Both the position numbers and the translations under genes were made by a program. Shown one piece after another: positions 23,312 to 36,049 of a stretch of DNA of 64,000 nt; position 1 is the first letter of the stretch, and each line of letters begins with the position of its first letter. The notes beneath the pieces were generated by a model. It saw nothing but the letters and a program-made list of their open reading frames with translations, was not told the DNA's origin and did not search any database. The stretch comes from Schmidtea nova (Eukaryota), in the NCBI GenBank assembly GCA_044892505.1, contig CM097882.1, forward strand, positions 394,382,001 through 394,446,000. The letters are read 5' to 3'.

Positions 23312-26300
23312 TGCAGTAAAAATGATTGATAAGATGAACGAGTTTGATAATTTTTAAAAATTTATTTCATCACGTCGCCTGCATATTAAAACAAAATTGA
23401 CTTATATTTAAGAACATCCACTCGTGATGTCGTCATCAATATCGCTCGTTATTTCATATTCATCTAAGTAACGTGGCAGATTTCGTACTCTTATACTTCT
23501 ACGTACTGAATCGTCAACTTCTAACTCTGCAGCCTCGGTAGTGACTTGCATTTGTAATTCGTCCTCTTTGGAATTCTCTTATGTCGGAAACATGACGGGG
23601 CATACCGTCAATTTCAAATTTTATAGATAAATTTACTTTTGTCACTCTTCCTTCATTCCACTGAAAAGTACATCTTGCATCAGGAGGTTTTACAAAAACT
23701 GCCTCTCCCACAGTAAACCCGCCTTCTGGATCCGTCAATACATCTTCCACTTCATCTGGGTGTCTCCATGCGTAATTGAACGTTAGGTCGGAAGGAGAGA
23801 AGTCCTCATCGACATTGTCTCTTAACGCCACATTGTATCAATAAACCTTATTCAATGGTTCTCCACCAGACCGTGCTGCCATACGCTTGATCGTTCTATG
23901 GTTCCCATTTTTAGCATGTCGATATACACATCTGAACAGGCACCTAACCCCCCCCACATTTTGCACAGCAAATCCATAGCTCCAGATCGAAAGGATGTAG
24001 CGTTATCTATGAATATTCCTACTAGTGAACCTCTTTCCCTAAATATCTGCTCTAAATTTCAAATTATTACTTCAACTTCCTCGCTAGCTATCTCCCTCGA
24101 AATTGCGAACCGACTCGGTCCACAATCTATAATTGTTAAATACCTTTTATCCTTTTAGTGAGTCACGTCAATCACGATCCTCTTCCAATTTACTTTGACA
24201 TCAAGCTTCCCGTGCTTCCATGTAACCGATGATGGATCAATAGATCTGCATTCTTTACATTTGCTAATGACATCATGCACGTCCTTCTTAGTAATATTTT
24301 GGAACTTTTTCTTAGCAAGATGCAACATTCTTTCGACGCTTAAATGATGAGCATTGTCAGACTTTACTAGGTCATACATTCTTGTAATTACTACATATGG
24401 TATATATTAGTATATCAGATTTATTCCTCTCTGTAGATCGAAAGAGCTAAATTGAAACTGTTTTTGCAACTCCTTGATTATCTGTAATCTCCGCTGAATT
24501 AACATCTGTGATATTCCGTGTGTACGTACTCTTTCTTGATTTGACAGTATAGAGGTAACCCAACTTTTCACAGTGTCTGAATCTGTTTTTATTAAGATAC
24601 CTTTCAGGCCCCAAGCTAGACTTATATTTATGCCTTTAATGACGGCATCTAACTTGGCTACATTAATATGACATCAGTCTTCTTCCTCAACCAGGATGCA
24701 TCTTCAACTACCAGACTTCTAATTTCCAAACAAACACCCAAGGCCAAACTACTTGCGTCACACCGTATTACACAGTTAAGTTGTTCAGACACATGCCATT
24801 TGCCATGCACCGGGTCGTCTTTGGAAACACGATCAATAGTGTCAGTTAACATATTTTGCACAATATTCCCAATTTTATCATCCCATTTCTCTTCACGACT
24901 GTGATGTTTTATGAAACCACACGCAACTCACAACCAATTTGCCACTGGATAGTGACCGAGCGATCGACCACAAATTGAAAATAATTGACGTCTTGGCACT
25001 TTCTGCCCACTCTTCAAGACAATAAGCTCATTATCTTTTGTCCAAATCCGATCCATGTTAAGCATTGTTATTTGCAATCCTAAAACTCTTGCATCATCGA
25101 ACTTATCTGGATCTTTCACTTTTAACCCATATTTCTGCAGATGATTTATAACATCCGAGACACAAACTAATGAATGGTCTATTATTATGTCGTCTATATA
25201 ACTATCTGTCGCTTCAGCAGTGTCACTTCTTTAACTCAACACCTTTTTCAAAACACTAGACATAATCTTTGGAGCTACATTCAACGCGAATCCTAGTCTA
25301 GTCAAATAGTAAAGCTTATCGTCATAGCATACCTTTTGATACTTCCAACATTCCTCATCGACATGCAACTGTAAATAAGCTTTCTTTAAGTCGAGCATAA
25401 TAACATCTTTCGCCATTGTCTCAATGACTCTCCACATACGTCACTTTGTCCTGTGTGACTCTTGACAAACTTATTCAATTCTCAGAAATCCATAACAGGT
25501 CGAACTTTATTCTTGTTCGGCTGATCCACTGCCAATAATGGAATCGTATCTCCGACGCTTGATTCGGCCGGTACAAGCCATCCTTCCTCATCTCTGCTTC
25601 AAACGGTGTTTGAATATCGTTTGCCATCTTATAACAATCAATCTTGTTCCACAATATCGCTGGTCCAAACTTTCATTTCCATTTGACAACCCATTTCTTG
25701 TCGAATCTAGCTTCGAAATCTTCGTCTATAATATTGATGACGCTCGGAGAAGAACATGCCCCAGTGACACACTTATCACTCAGCACACATACCTTCTCTT
25801 TCGAAAAAACGACTCCATCTGTATTAATCCGGACACCCATTAATCTTCCAATAATATCCATGCCAGGATCATCTCAATATCGTAGGGTAATTTTTCGATT
25901 GCCAGACAATTTACTTGTAAATTTCTACCTCTAATCACCAAGTTTACCAATATATCACAATAACCTGACACAGAGGTTCCATTTGCTATCGTCACCTCGT
26001 CCGTTCTTCTCAACTGTTTGGTTACCAACTAAGCCAAAACAACAGATCTTGAGCATCCGGAATCAATCAAAGTATTTGCTTCTCTCCCATCCAATTTAAT
26101 TGTGATTATTTGCAACGCCATTACTGGTTCAATGTAGTAGACACCGGCGTTAGTGTTACCCCGTTGTCGTTTTTTGAATTCTTATTTAGATATACTCTAG
26201 ATATGTGATCGGTGCCATTACAAGACCAACAACTTGTATCAAACTTCTTAAAACAACGTTCAGCTAAGTGGCCAATTTTATCGCAATGAGTACAACGTTT

Positions 26301-26925
26301 TACTTTGTTATATGCAACGTTGACACATTCAATGTCTTGAACTCTCGCATTCATCATTGCCCGTGTCATCTGAACAATATCCTTCATTGGCATAGTATAA
26401 ATCTTTGAAGAACCCTGCAACAATCTCGACATGTCTTTAGGTAGTCCTACAACAAAAGCGTTCCTAACGGAGTTCTCACTCATTCTTGCAAGCTTTGCAT
26501 AAGATCTTAGATCATCTAAAAATACATTTACTGATCCTCCAGTCTATCTACAATTTCTCATTTTTTTTGTATGATAAAATATACTTGGAGAAAAAGCTTT
26601 TTCCAATGCATCCTTGATTACTTCAAAACTAGCCTTGTCCTTTTCTGATAAATGTTCGTAGACGGCATGGTTTTCGCTTTTCAAAAGAATATTCATAAAA
26701 ACCTCTATAGTTTCTATCTTCAACATCTTTACAATTGATTTGAGTTGAGCAAACCAGCTTGTAACATTGCCGGTTCCATCGAATTTTTCGAAAAATTTTA
26801 AAATTTCCATCGCGATAGCTTGTAGTAAAAATGATTAATAATACGAACGAGTTTGATAATTTTTAAAAATCTATTTTACCACATCACCTGCATATTAAAA
26901 CAAAATTGACTTATATTTAAGCACA
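23312..26925 (-). mobile_element. Compact gypsy-like LTR retrotransposon (E1), 3.6 kb, 105-bp LTRs, nested in an LTR
   Basis: TG...CA LTRs at 23312-23416 and 26821-26925 (~10 mismatches) with a perfect 5-bp TSD GATTC. gag with CCHC knuckles, PR (LIDSGC), RT (YLTRLGFALNVAPKIM), RH (CDASSLALG) and IN. Confidence 0.92.
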
Positions 26926-29900
26926 GATTCCTTTTATCCAATGTTTGTAATTGATTTTTCTTTTCTTTATTCCTGGGCAATTTCGAACTAATAGTCATGG
27001 TTATTTTTTATATTTTATTCTTTAGTTTTTGCTTCCTCTAGAAATTATTTCCAATCTTTGTTATTTTCTAATTAAATATTCTCTTTTCCATCTCTGCTTT
27101 TGCAATTTTTAATTTTTAATTTTTCCCAGTCAATTTCTTTACAGTTTTCAAATTCGCTTTTATGTCAAAATCGCCAAAATCAGTTTTCTTTAATTTCAAT
27201 TGTTCGTCTTTTTTCAAGCTCTAATTGTCGTAGATTATCAAACTTTTCTTACTATAGTTTCTTATTTTCTATTGATTTTTATTGATTCTTTAAAAACTTA
27301 TTTTCAAATTCCTTTAGTAATTTTCATTACTATAGAAATTGATTTTTTATTTTCCTAATTTTAATTTATTATGGTAATTTTTTAGTATTAAATTAATTAT
27401 AAAAAAGATAATAATAATACGCACCAGTATCACACAAAACACAAATAATTAACAACTAAAGGGATAACTATGTGCCCAAAACACAATTAATCATAAAATT
27501 TGACATTTACATAATTTCCACCTTTAAAACCAGAGGTTACACTATTTACATAAAAAAGTGTTCTGTACATATTTCAATTTGTGTTCTATGTTGTGTCGTA
27601 TGTTTTCTGTACTGTATTTAACAACTCTCGACAAAAATATAAAAATATACAATGATCATATGTTTGCATGCTATGTTGGGTTGTATTGTTTGAGGCATTG
27701 GCTGTAAAGCTTTTTGTATGGGGTGATAATCGCGTTTTTGTCAAATTCTTATATTGCGTTTTGGTTTTTGAATATTAAGTGCTTTTTCTTTGTTTGGATT
27801 TCGTTGTGTGAAGAGTTGCATGGGGTGTTGCGTGGAAGTTGTTGATTGTGGTGGTATGGTTTCGTTCTGCGTATATTTATTCTTATTTGTTGTTGTTTTT
27901 TATTATTGTGGCCAAGTTTTTGTGGATTTCGAGTAATTTGAATGGGCCTTCGTATTTGGCTCCGAAACCTTTTGTATTTGGTTTTTTTATGAGTAAGTAG
28001 TCGGTGGTTAGTAATATTTTGCCATCGTTCTCTGAGTTCGGTCTCTTTTTTAATATTCCTTTTAGTTTATTTTCTGTGTTTTCAATTCTTTTTGTTATTA
28101 TTTGTTTGTTTGTTCGTTGTTTTTATGTTGGTTTTAAGTGAGGGTAGGTTTGATTCTCTGCCAAATACTTTGTATGCTGGACTTTCGTTGTCCATTGAGT
28201 TTGGTGTGTTTCTTAGTCTAAGTAAGATTGTCGGGAGTTGAGGTAGCTAGTTTCTGTCATCTGCTTTAGTTCTGATACTTTCTTTTAGTGTTCTGTGCAG
28301 TCTTTCGATTTTTCCGTTTGCTTGTGGGTTGTAAGCGGTTGTTCAGTTTCGTTTTATGTTGTATTGTGTACACTGAGTGGTAAATAATTCTGATTTGAAC
28401 TGTCTCCCTTGATCTATTATCAGGTTCTTTGGTTGACCATAGCGAGCTATCCATTTGAACTCGATGTTGCTACAAATGCTTTGTGCAGATATCTCTTTTA
28501 GAGGAATTATTTCAAATCAGTTTGTTTTCCTATCTATTATTGTTAGTAGGTATTTATATTCTTTCTTTGGAGGTAGTGGTCCTAATATGTCAATGTGTAT
28601 TGTTTCAAAAGGTTGATTACTCGGGCAATTTACTTTTTGTGCTATGGTTTTTTTGATATTTTGCTGATTTGGCAACTTTTACATGTTTTGAAGAAACCTT
28701 TGATTTGTTTCCTCATATTTGGCTATATTTATTTGTTGATAATTATTTCGTAGGTTGCTCTGCTTCTTGGATGACTGATGTCATGTATTTTCGAAATACA
28801 CATTTTCCTAAACTCTTTTGGTAAGAGTATTCTTGGTGTGTTTCCGTTGCTGAAATCGTACCAGAGTTCGTTGATCTTCTTTAATTTCAAGCTGTGTTTT
28901 ATGGGAAGCTCTTTTAAGGTTTCTGATTGTTTGTTTTCTAATTTTTTCGTTTTCGATTAGCTCGTCAAATTCAATTGCGTTTATGTCTGTTTCTTTTCTT
29001 GACAGAGTATCTGCTGCAATATTTGCGGCTCTGGTGACATAATTAATTGTGCAATTAAATTGTGATAAATAATTTAATTGTCTTATTTGTCATGGCGATG
29101 GGTTTTTCATTTGTATTACGTTTGTTAACGGTTTATGGTTTGTATATAGTTTGAAGTTTCTCGCTTCCAGTAGGTGTTGGAAGTGTTTGATAGCTTCGTG
29201 ATTACCAGTAGTTCTCGATCAAAAATTGAGTACCTTCTTTGATGTGTTTTTATGTTTTTTGAGAAACACTCAATTGGTTGTTTGCCGTATTCGTTATCCT
29301 AATATAAGATTGCGCCCATTGCAAATCCAGAGCAGCCTATTGCTAAGTTGTAGTATAATTCTGGATTTGGGTATCCGAGTAATGTTGTTTGAGATAAGCT
29401 TGTTTTTGCTTTTTCAAACTGTTTTGTTGTTTGTTCCGTCCAGTTTATTTTAATATTTCTTCTTGTTTCAATCAGGTCATTTAATGGAGCTAACAGTTCG
29501 CTGCAGTTTTGGATATAAGCATGGTAAAAGTTTACCATTCCCAAAAATCGTCTTAGTTCTCTGTTTGTATTTGGCAGTTTGAACTATTGTATTATGCTTT
29601 TTTTCTTGTCTATTGGCTTTGTGCCTTTTTCATCCAGTGTGTGTCCAAGAAAATTAATTTCTTCTTTTCAAAAATTCACATTTTTGAATGTTTTTTTGAG
29701 ATTTGCTGAGTTCAGCGTTTCAATCACCTTCTCGATGTCTTTTAAATAAGTTTTTTTGTTTGGAGTTGCTATGAGTATGTCGTCCAAATATGCTATGGTG
29801 TTCTGATTATTTTTCAGAGTCTTATTCATAAAGCGTTGAAATGTTGCAGCAGCGTTTCGCAAACCAAAATGCATTCTGTTGTATTCGAACATGCCTATTG

Positions 29901-32239
29901 GTGTTATGATTGCTGTGTTTTTACGTTTTCTTTCCTGTTGGGTATTTGGTGATAAGCCTTTTGTAAATCTATTTTCGAGAAAAGTCTTGCGCCTTTTTGT
30001 CTATTTATTATATCTCTGATGATAGGCAGTGGGTAATTGTCAGTCTCTGTGATTTTGTTGAGCATTCGGTAGTCACCACATGCTCTTCATTCCCCGTTTG
30101 CCTTTTGTTTTAGCATGAGTGCAGAGGACCAATCTGAGTTCGAGTGAGTTACTATTTTGTTTTCTAGTAACTCCTTGAAAATTTCGTTTGTAATTTTTGT
30201 TTTTTGTGGATCTAGTTGTCTCACCTTTGCATGCACTGGGTTTCCGTTTGTTATAATTGCATGTTCGGTTGAGTGATCCGCGTTTTTGTCGAAGGTTACT
30301 GGTTCGATGAGTTTTTCGAATTTTTCGAGTAGTGTATTTATTTCTGGGCCATGATTTAGTTTTTGTTTTGATTTATTGTTTGTTGGACCCATTTGGATAA
30401 CACCAATGTCAACTTTTGAATTGGTTTTGTGCGCCATGGTTTTGACGGTTTCTTTGTTTGGGCTTGTGTTTTCGGTTAGTGTTTTATTTCGGCAGTTTAC
30501 TGTGAGGTTGTAGTGTGCCAGAAAGTCAGCTCCTTTTATGGATTGTTGAACATCAGCGGTTATGAATGTCCAGCTGTATTTCTTTGAATTAATTGTTAGA
30601 GTTAGGGAGTGTTCACCAAATTTCTTTTATGTTTGTGCCATTGGCTGCGGTTAAATGTTTTTCAGCGTTTTTTGAATCTTTGTGCAAGTAGTGGGTAATA
30701 GGGATATCACAGAACGAGTGTCAATTAGAAATTTTGTGTTATTAGAGTGACCACGAATGTATTATTTTTGTCACCAAATGTGGGTGCTATCATCGATGAC
30801 GTTTTTAGTTTCCCTGTTCCATTTTATGGAAGTTGCCGGGCTTAGTGCATTTAAAAGCCTGTTCACCAAATTTGTTATGAAAATAACAATGATTTTCATT
30901 TAATAAATTGTTTCTCGATTGTTTTCTGGATTTTTTTCTCGATAAGTATTGTATCTGTTTGGTGAGTTTGACCTGTTTGTGTTGTATTAGTTTGGTGATT
31001 GGTCTCTGTTGTAGTTTTGATTTCGGCCAGTTCCATTTTAATTTTTTTCCGACTGATTTTGTCGAATTTGCTGATTAGCGTGTTTAATAGTTTATTCATG
31101 GTTTCATTTGTTTCATTATATTTGTTGTTTGGTTGATTGTTGTAGTTTGTTTTGATTTTGTTTTAGTTTTGGGTGTTGCATATGGTCGGATAAATTTCTT
31201 CTTTGATTTTATCCGCTGTCAGCGAGCGTTTCAACATTGGCGTTATTGCTGGCTGCAAGGATCTGCCTAATTTCTGTTGGCATTTCTCGCATAAAAAATT
31301 TCTTAACCAGTTCATTTGAACCTAACTTTATGATATTTGGTTGCAAATATGCTAATTTTTGTTTTAATTGTCTCAGGAAATCAATGGGTTTGTTGTTACC
31401 TAACTGAGTGTTATTGAGGCAAGATTCGAGCATTTAGCGTCTGTTTATTTTATTTTTGTTCGTAAGGATGTTGCACAGTTGGTTGAAGGGGTCGTCATCC
31501 TTAGAAGTTTCTTCTATTTTGTCCGCGATTTCATTTAATTTGTTACTGGGAAGTGTGGCTATAATATTAGAGCTCAAGGATGTTGTGGATTTTATTCCTA
31601 TCAGAGTTAGTGTTAGTTTGGCAAATTCCAGCGATTTTTGTGGAGTACTAGTTTCATCGGTAAAGTAATTTGGTAAGTTAGGTTTGGAGTTAAGCACGGA
31701 GTTTATTCTGTGTGGGTTGTCTGGGTTAAAATAATAATTTCTATTTTCTCTTTGTAATTGGGTGTTTTCCTCGTTGTTATGTGGTGCTTTTTGTGCTTGG
31801 TTGTTCATTGTTGGTTGAGGTAAATTGGTTTTGGTTTGATGCCATTTGATTTATTTTATTGATATGTTTTTTGTATATGTTGTGCAAAATAATTGAGCTT
31901 ATTTTAAGGATATGGCTTACTGTGTTCAGCTAACAGAGACTCAATTCTTTATACCTCTATACTAGGTATGGTAAAAGAGATAACGCTTGAAAAAACGATG
32001 TAGATTTATTCTGTTCTTTTCCTTCTGACACCAATTATATTGTGAAATTATTTGCTTTCTAATTATTCTGCCGTTTTATGTTATTATAGTGTGTGTTGAT
32101 ATGGAAACTGTTATATATTTATCCGGAAATATGTTGAGCCCAGCCGGGTCACCGGTAAAAAAACTGTTTTGGGACAGCTTGGGTGAGTGTTATGTATTTG
32201 TGTGTCTGCGTCAGTGCGTATGTAGGTGTATGCGTACTA

Positions 32240-33482
32240 TGGGCCCGGCGCCATGGGGGGAGACATAAAGAAACAATGCCTCCCCCTGAAAAGGAAAATT
32301 CCCCCCAAACCAAGATGTCTTAAAATAATTAGGTGCCTATTTTTCTACTACAATGGCAAACACTGCTGTTTGCAATAAATTCTTTGTTTTCTAAATAGAG
32401 TATGCATTAATTGCTCACACATCTCAGGCTACTGCATTCACCACTCATTGCCTCAATTGTAATACAACCTTTCTTATTTATGAAATTTCTTCAAATGTGT
32501 GAATACACGCTTGTTATTGATCCAAAATTGAGCGAGATTTCTCAAACGATAACTGCTAATGCTAAGTATATTTCACATGAAATGCAAGATTTGTTAGCAA
32601 AGGTTCAGGAACATTCTTAAACTCCTCAAACTATACAAAATCGGTCACGCAAGATTCCTGAAAGACTTAACTGCAGCCTTATTATGAGCACATTGAGTAA
32701 TGCAGATTGCGTAGACGAAAAAAATTCCATGCAAAATGGCAATCGTCAAGTGTTTTTCGAGATTTTGGATGAAGTAATTTTCTTTCAGGAACAAAAGACT
32801 GAACCATTGGAAAGTCTTGTACCTGCAAGCGATAAAAAATTTACTGACAAATCCCTGACAGCTGAGATTGTCGTCGCGAAAGAGCTAATTAACAAATCAT
32901 CTATTAGCAATTCAAGAAAAATTAGATGTTCTTGCTTCATTCCTGTCAAATTACAGAGATGCATTCCCACACTTTTATCGCCTTATCTGTTGCTCTCTTA
33001 TGTTGCCGGCTTCCACAGTAACATGTGAAGCAACATTCTAAATATTGACGCGTTTAATGTCGCCTTACTGAAAGTGCAAGGCTGTGCAAAGAAAACTAGA
33101 TCTGGCGTTATTAGCTTATGAGAAGGAAGAATCGAAGCTCGTCAGTTGTGAATATGTTCTACCATTGTTTCAGGAGAGTAGTCGGCGTCTGATTTTGTAA
33201 AGCCTGCTTTTATACTGCTTTTGAACACATGCTGCTTGTGTTTATATTCTTGTATTGTTAAAGTAGAAAATACCAATATTGGCTTTTATCTGTCAATATT
33301 TGATATATGGATGAGCAAAGGGTTCTAAATATGATGATAAATATAGGATGATACTCGCAGACAATAAGACAAATGTCGATAGGACCATATTTTTTTTTGT
33401 AATTTAAAATTTAAGGGGTTGCCTTACCAGTATCAGTAATTGCCCCCCCCCCCCCCTTGAATCATTCCTGGCGCCGGGCCTG
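32240..33482. mobile_element. Non-autonomous hAT element inserted in the 5' LTR of the CsRn1-like element
   Basis: (T/C)AGGCCCGGCGCC-type TIRs and 8-bp TSD GCGTACTA/ACGTACTA. The other LTR copy is uninterrupted at this site (23118-23125). Confidence 0.85.
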
Positions 33483-34701
33483 ACGTACTAACAACCAAAG
33501 AACCAAAACAAAATTGTAAAACACTTTTATTATTTAACAACAACAGCAATAAAACTTATGCTCAAGTAATAACTGGACCACCGTTCATTTCAAATACAAT
33601 ATTTAATATCTTCTTTAGTAATTTTAATTGGATTCAGTTTCTTTTTATGGTTGGCGATTTATTATGGCTTGTCGATTCCTTGTATCCATTGTTTGTAATT
33701 GATTTTTCTTTTCTTTATTACTGGGTAATTTCTAACTAATAGCTATGGTTATTTTTTATTCTTTAGTTTTTGCTTCCTCTAGAAATTATTTTCAATCTTT
33801 GTTATTTTCTAATTAAATATTCTCTTTTCCAACTCGGCTTTTGCAATTTTTAATTTTTCCCAATCAATTGCCTTCCAGTTTTCAAATTCTCTTTTATGTC
33901 AAAATCGCCAAAATCAGTTTTCTTTAATTTCAATTGTTCTTCTTTTTTTCAAGCTCTAATTGTCGTAGATTTTCAAACTTTGTCTTACTATAGTTTCTTA
34001 TTTTCTATAGTTTTTATTGATTTTAAAACTTATTTTCAAATTCCTATAGTAATTTTTATTAGGAATTGATTTTTTATTTTCCTAATTTTAATTTATTATG
34101 TATGTTTTAGTAATAAATTAACCATAAAAAATATAATAATAATACACACCAGCATCACACAAAACACAAATAATTAACAACTAAAGAGATAACTATGTGC
34201 CCAAAACACAATTTATCATAAAATTTGACATTCACACATACTATGCATTTCGTGTAATGTTTTTATTGTGAGTTAGTTTAGGTTAATGTAAACACATGTG
34301 CCCTTGCATAGTTGGAATCACTGCTGTATAAAATATATACAAAGGTGTCACTAAGGTGTGCTCACTGTAGTACTACGGATAATGTTAGTCGCACAATGTG
34401 GAAATGTAAAACATGCAATGTTGGATTATGCATCAAATACGACAAAAAACTGTTTGCAGCTTTTCATACCAAATTAAATGTTTATCGAATTTTGAAATGT
34501 TATTTTATGAATATAAATAAAGTTTATAAAAAACCTATTATTTTTGTTTTGCCCTATTGTGGTCAGATAGTCTCATGAGATAACCGTGTCCTGCAGGAAG
34601 GTTATTTTTATTTTACATTAATTTTGGAAATATTTTATTATTTGATTAATTTATAATTCGATTTTTTTCTATGGATGAATTTTAGATATATTAATTTTTA
34701 G

Positions 34702-34856
34702 ACGTCGAACATGTCAAGTGTCAAGTTGAATGTTTAAGTGAAACGTTTTGTGTTTCTTTTCATCAATATTCTGATGTTAATTATGAAGACGCTGAGACGA
34801 TATGTGGGCGTTGTGGGGGTATGGGATTAGTCAAGATATTAAATTTTCAACAAAAT
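34702..34856 (+). CDS. Exon: N-terminal half of a C-type lectin domain (not in ORF track)
   Basis: TTTTTAG acceptor (phase 1) and GTAATT donor (phase 0). VKCQVECLSETFCVSFHQYSDVNYEDAETICGRCGGMGLVKILNFQQN joins in frame to 37873. Confidence 0.82.
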
Positions 34857-34930
34857 GTAATTTTCTAATTATTTGACAAAATGATATCATTTTCATTAAA
34901 AATTAAAATCAATTTTATTTTATAACTATA

Positions 34931-36049
34931 CGTGGTGAGCCAATAAGTAGTGAGACTTATAAAAAAATAAACTCAAATTTATTTCATATTTTTAATAAGT
35001 AAGTTATTTAGAATTTTTTCTCGAAATAATTTCCATTTGCATCGACACATTTTTCCCTACGTGTAACCTGGTTTAGTAAGGCTTTTTTAAAGAAATTCTA
35101 AAACTTTTTGCTTATAAAATGCGTCACTGCATCTTTCAAGTCGTCTTTAGTGGTAAACTGCTTGTCTTACAGGGATTTTTGTGAGGTGATTAAATAATTA
35201 GAAGTTTGATTGAGACAAATCAGGATGGTATGGAGAATTAGGAAGCAAGTTAAGTTCAAAACTCTGTGCCCATATACACTGCATTTTTGTGAATGGGAGA
35301 ATTATCGAGCAAGTAAAAAACCAAAATCAAGTTTTTCCTAAATAGCTTGTTTCTTACTCTAATTTGGATTTATAAGAGCTGGTTATTCAAACCCCACGTT
35401 CTGCAAAATCAGCCAGAATAATGCAATTGTCATCCTAAAACACATTCCCTATGAGCGACTTTCGGTGACTTGGTGATGACTTCATCTTCTTAAAATATAC
35501 CTTTCCAGGTAGTTTCCACTTTTCAGTTTCCCATTTAGACTGTTGAATATATAGTGAAAGTGGTGTCTCATCCATGGTAAAAATATTATCTAAAAACTCT
35601 GCAACATCGACCAATATCATTCAGGTGCATTGTTAGCTCTACGGTTGTAATTTTCCTCTCAGTCTGAACAATTTTTCTATGGTCTTTCTTTATTTTTTCT
35701 TTGATTTTACAAGACCTGTCGTGTTTTTCCTCATCATAAACTGAGGTTCAACCACTGGAAGTAATTGTAGCAACAGTAAATTGTTGCTTTTGATGGGCAT
35801 TCAACACCATACACATCACTCAGCTCTGTATTGTCTTCTTATGTATTCTTGCCTTTCATAAAGAGAGAACAAATGACACTGCGATATTGTACTCTTTCTA
35901 TGGATATTTAAAAATAAATGCTAAAATTTTTTAATTAAGTAATAACTGATTAAGACATATACCAGTATACTTAACTATATACACGACTGATAATATATAA
36001 TTACAGTTTGGTTTATTTCATTTAATTACTTCTTTAATAATCTCACACG
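34931..36049 (-). mobile_element. mariner-family transposon, decayed, inside the C-type-lectin intron
   Basis: FLDNIFTMDET motif and a LASxFSIPSxDLSQSNFxLFNHL segment resembling YSPDLAPSDFxLF. TA|CGTGGTGAG and CTCACACG|TA ends. Confidence 0.8.

Larger units (their letters stand above)
22927..34236 (-). mobile_element. Full-length but decayed CsRn1-like Ty3/gypsy element with ~970-bp LTRs
   Basis: 3' LTR is 22927-23311 plus 26931-27511; 5' LTR is 32041-32239 plus 33491-34236. PBS TGGTGTCAGAAG (tRNA-Leu type) and PPT AAAGGTGGAAA. gag, PR (FLIDT), RT (MHFGLRNAAATFQRFM, YLDD), RH and IN remnants at 27.8-31.8 kb. CATACTAT flanks both ends. Confidence 0.88.
22798..34601 (+). mobile_element. Non-autonomous piggyBac remnant hosting the CsRn1-like LTR element
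   Basis: TTAA|CCCTTT at 22794-22803 and AGGAAGG|TTAT at 34595-34605. The piggyBac-type Cys-rich tail RCAHC...WKCKTCNVGLC...FAAFHT is at 34312-34578. Confidence 0.55.
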
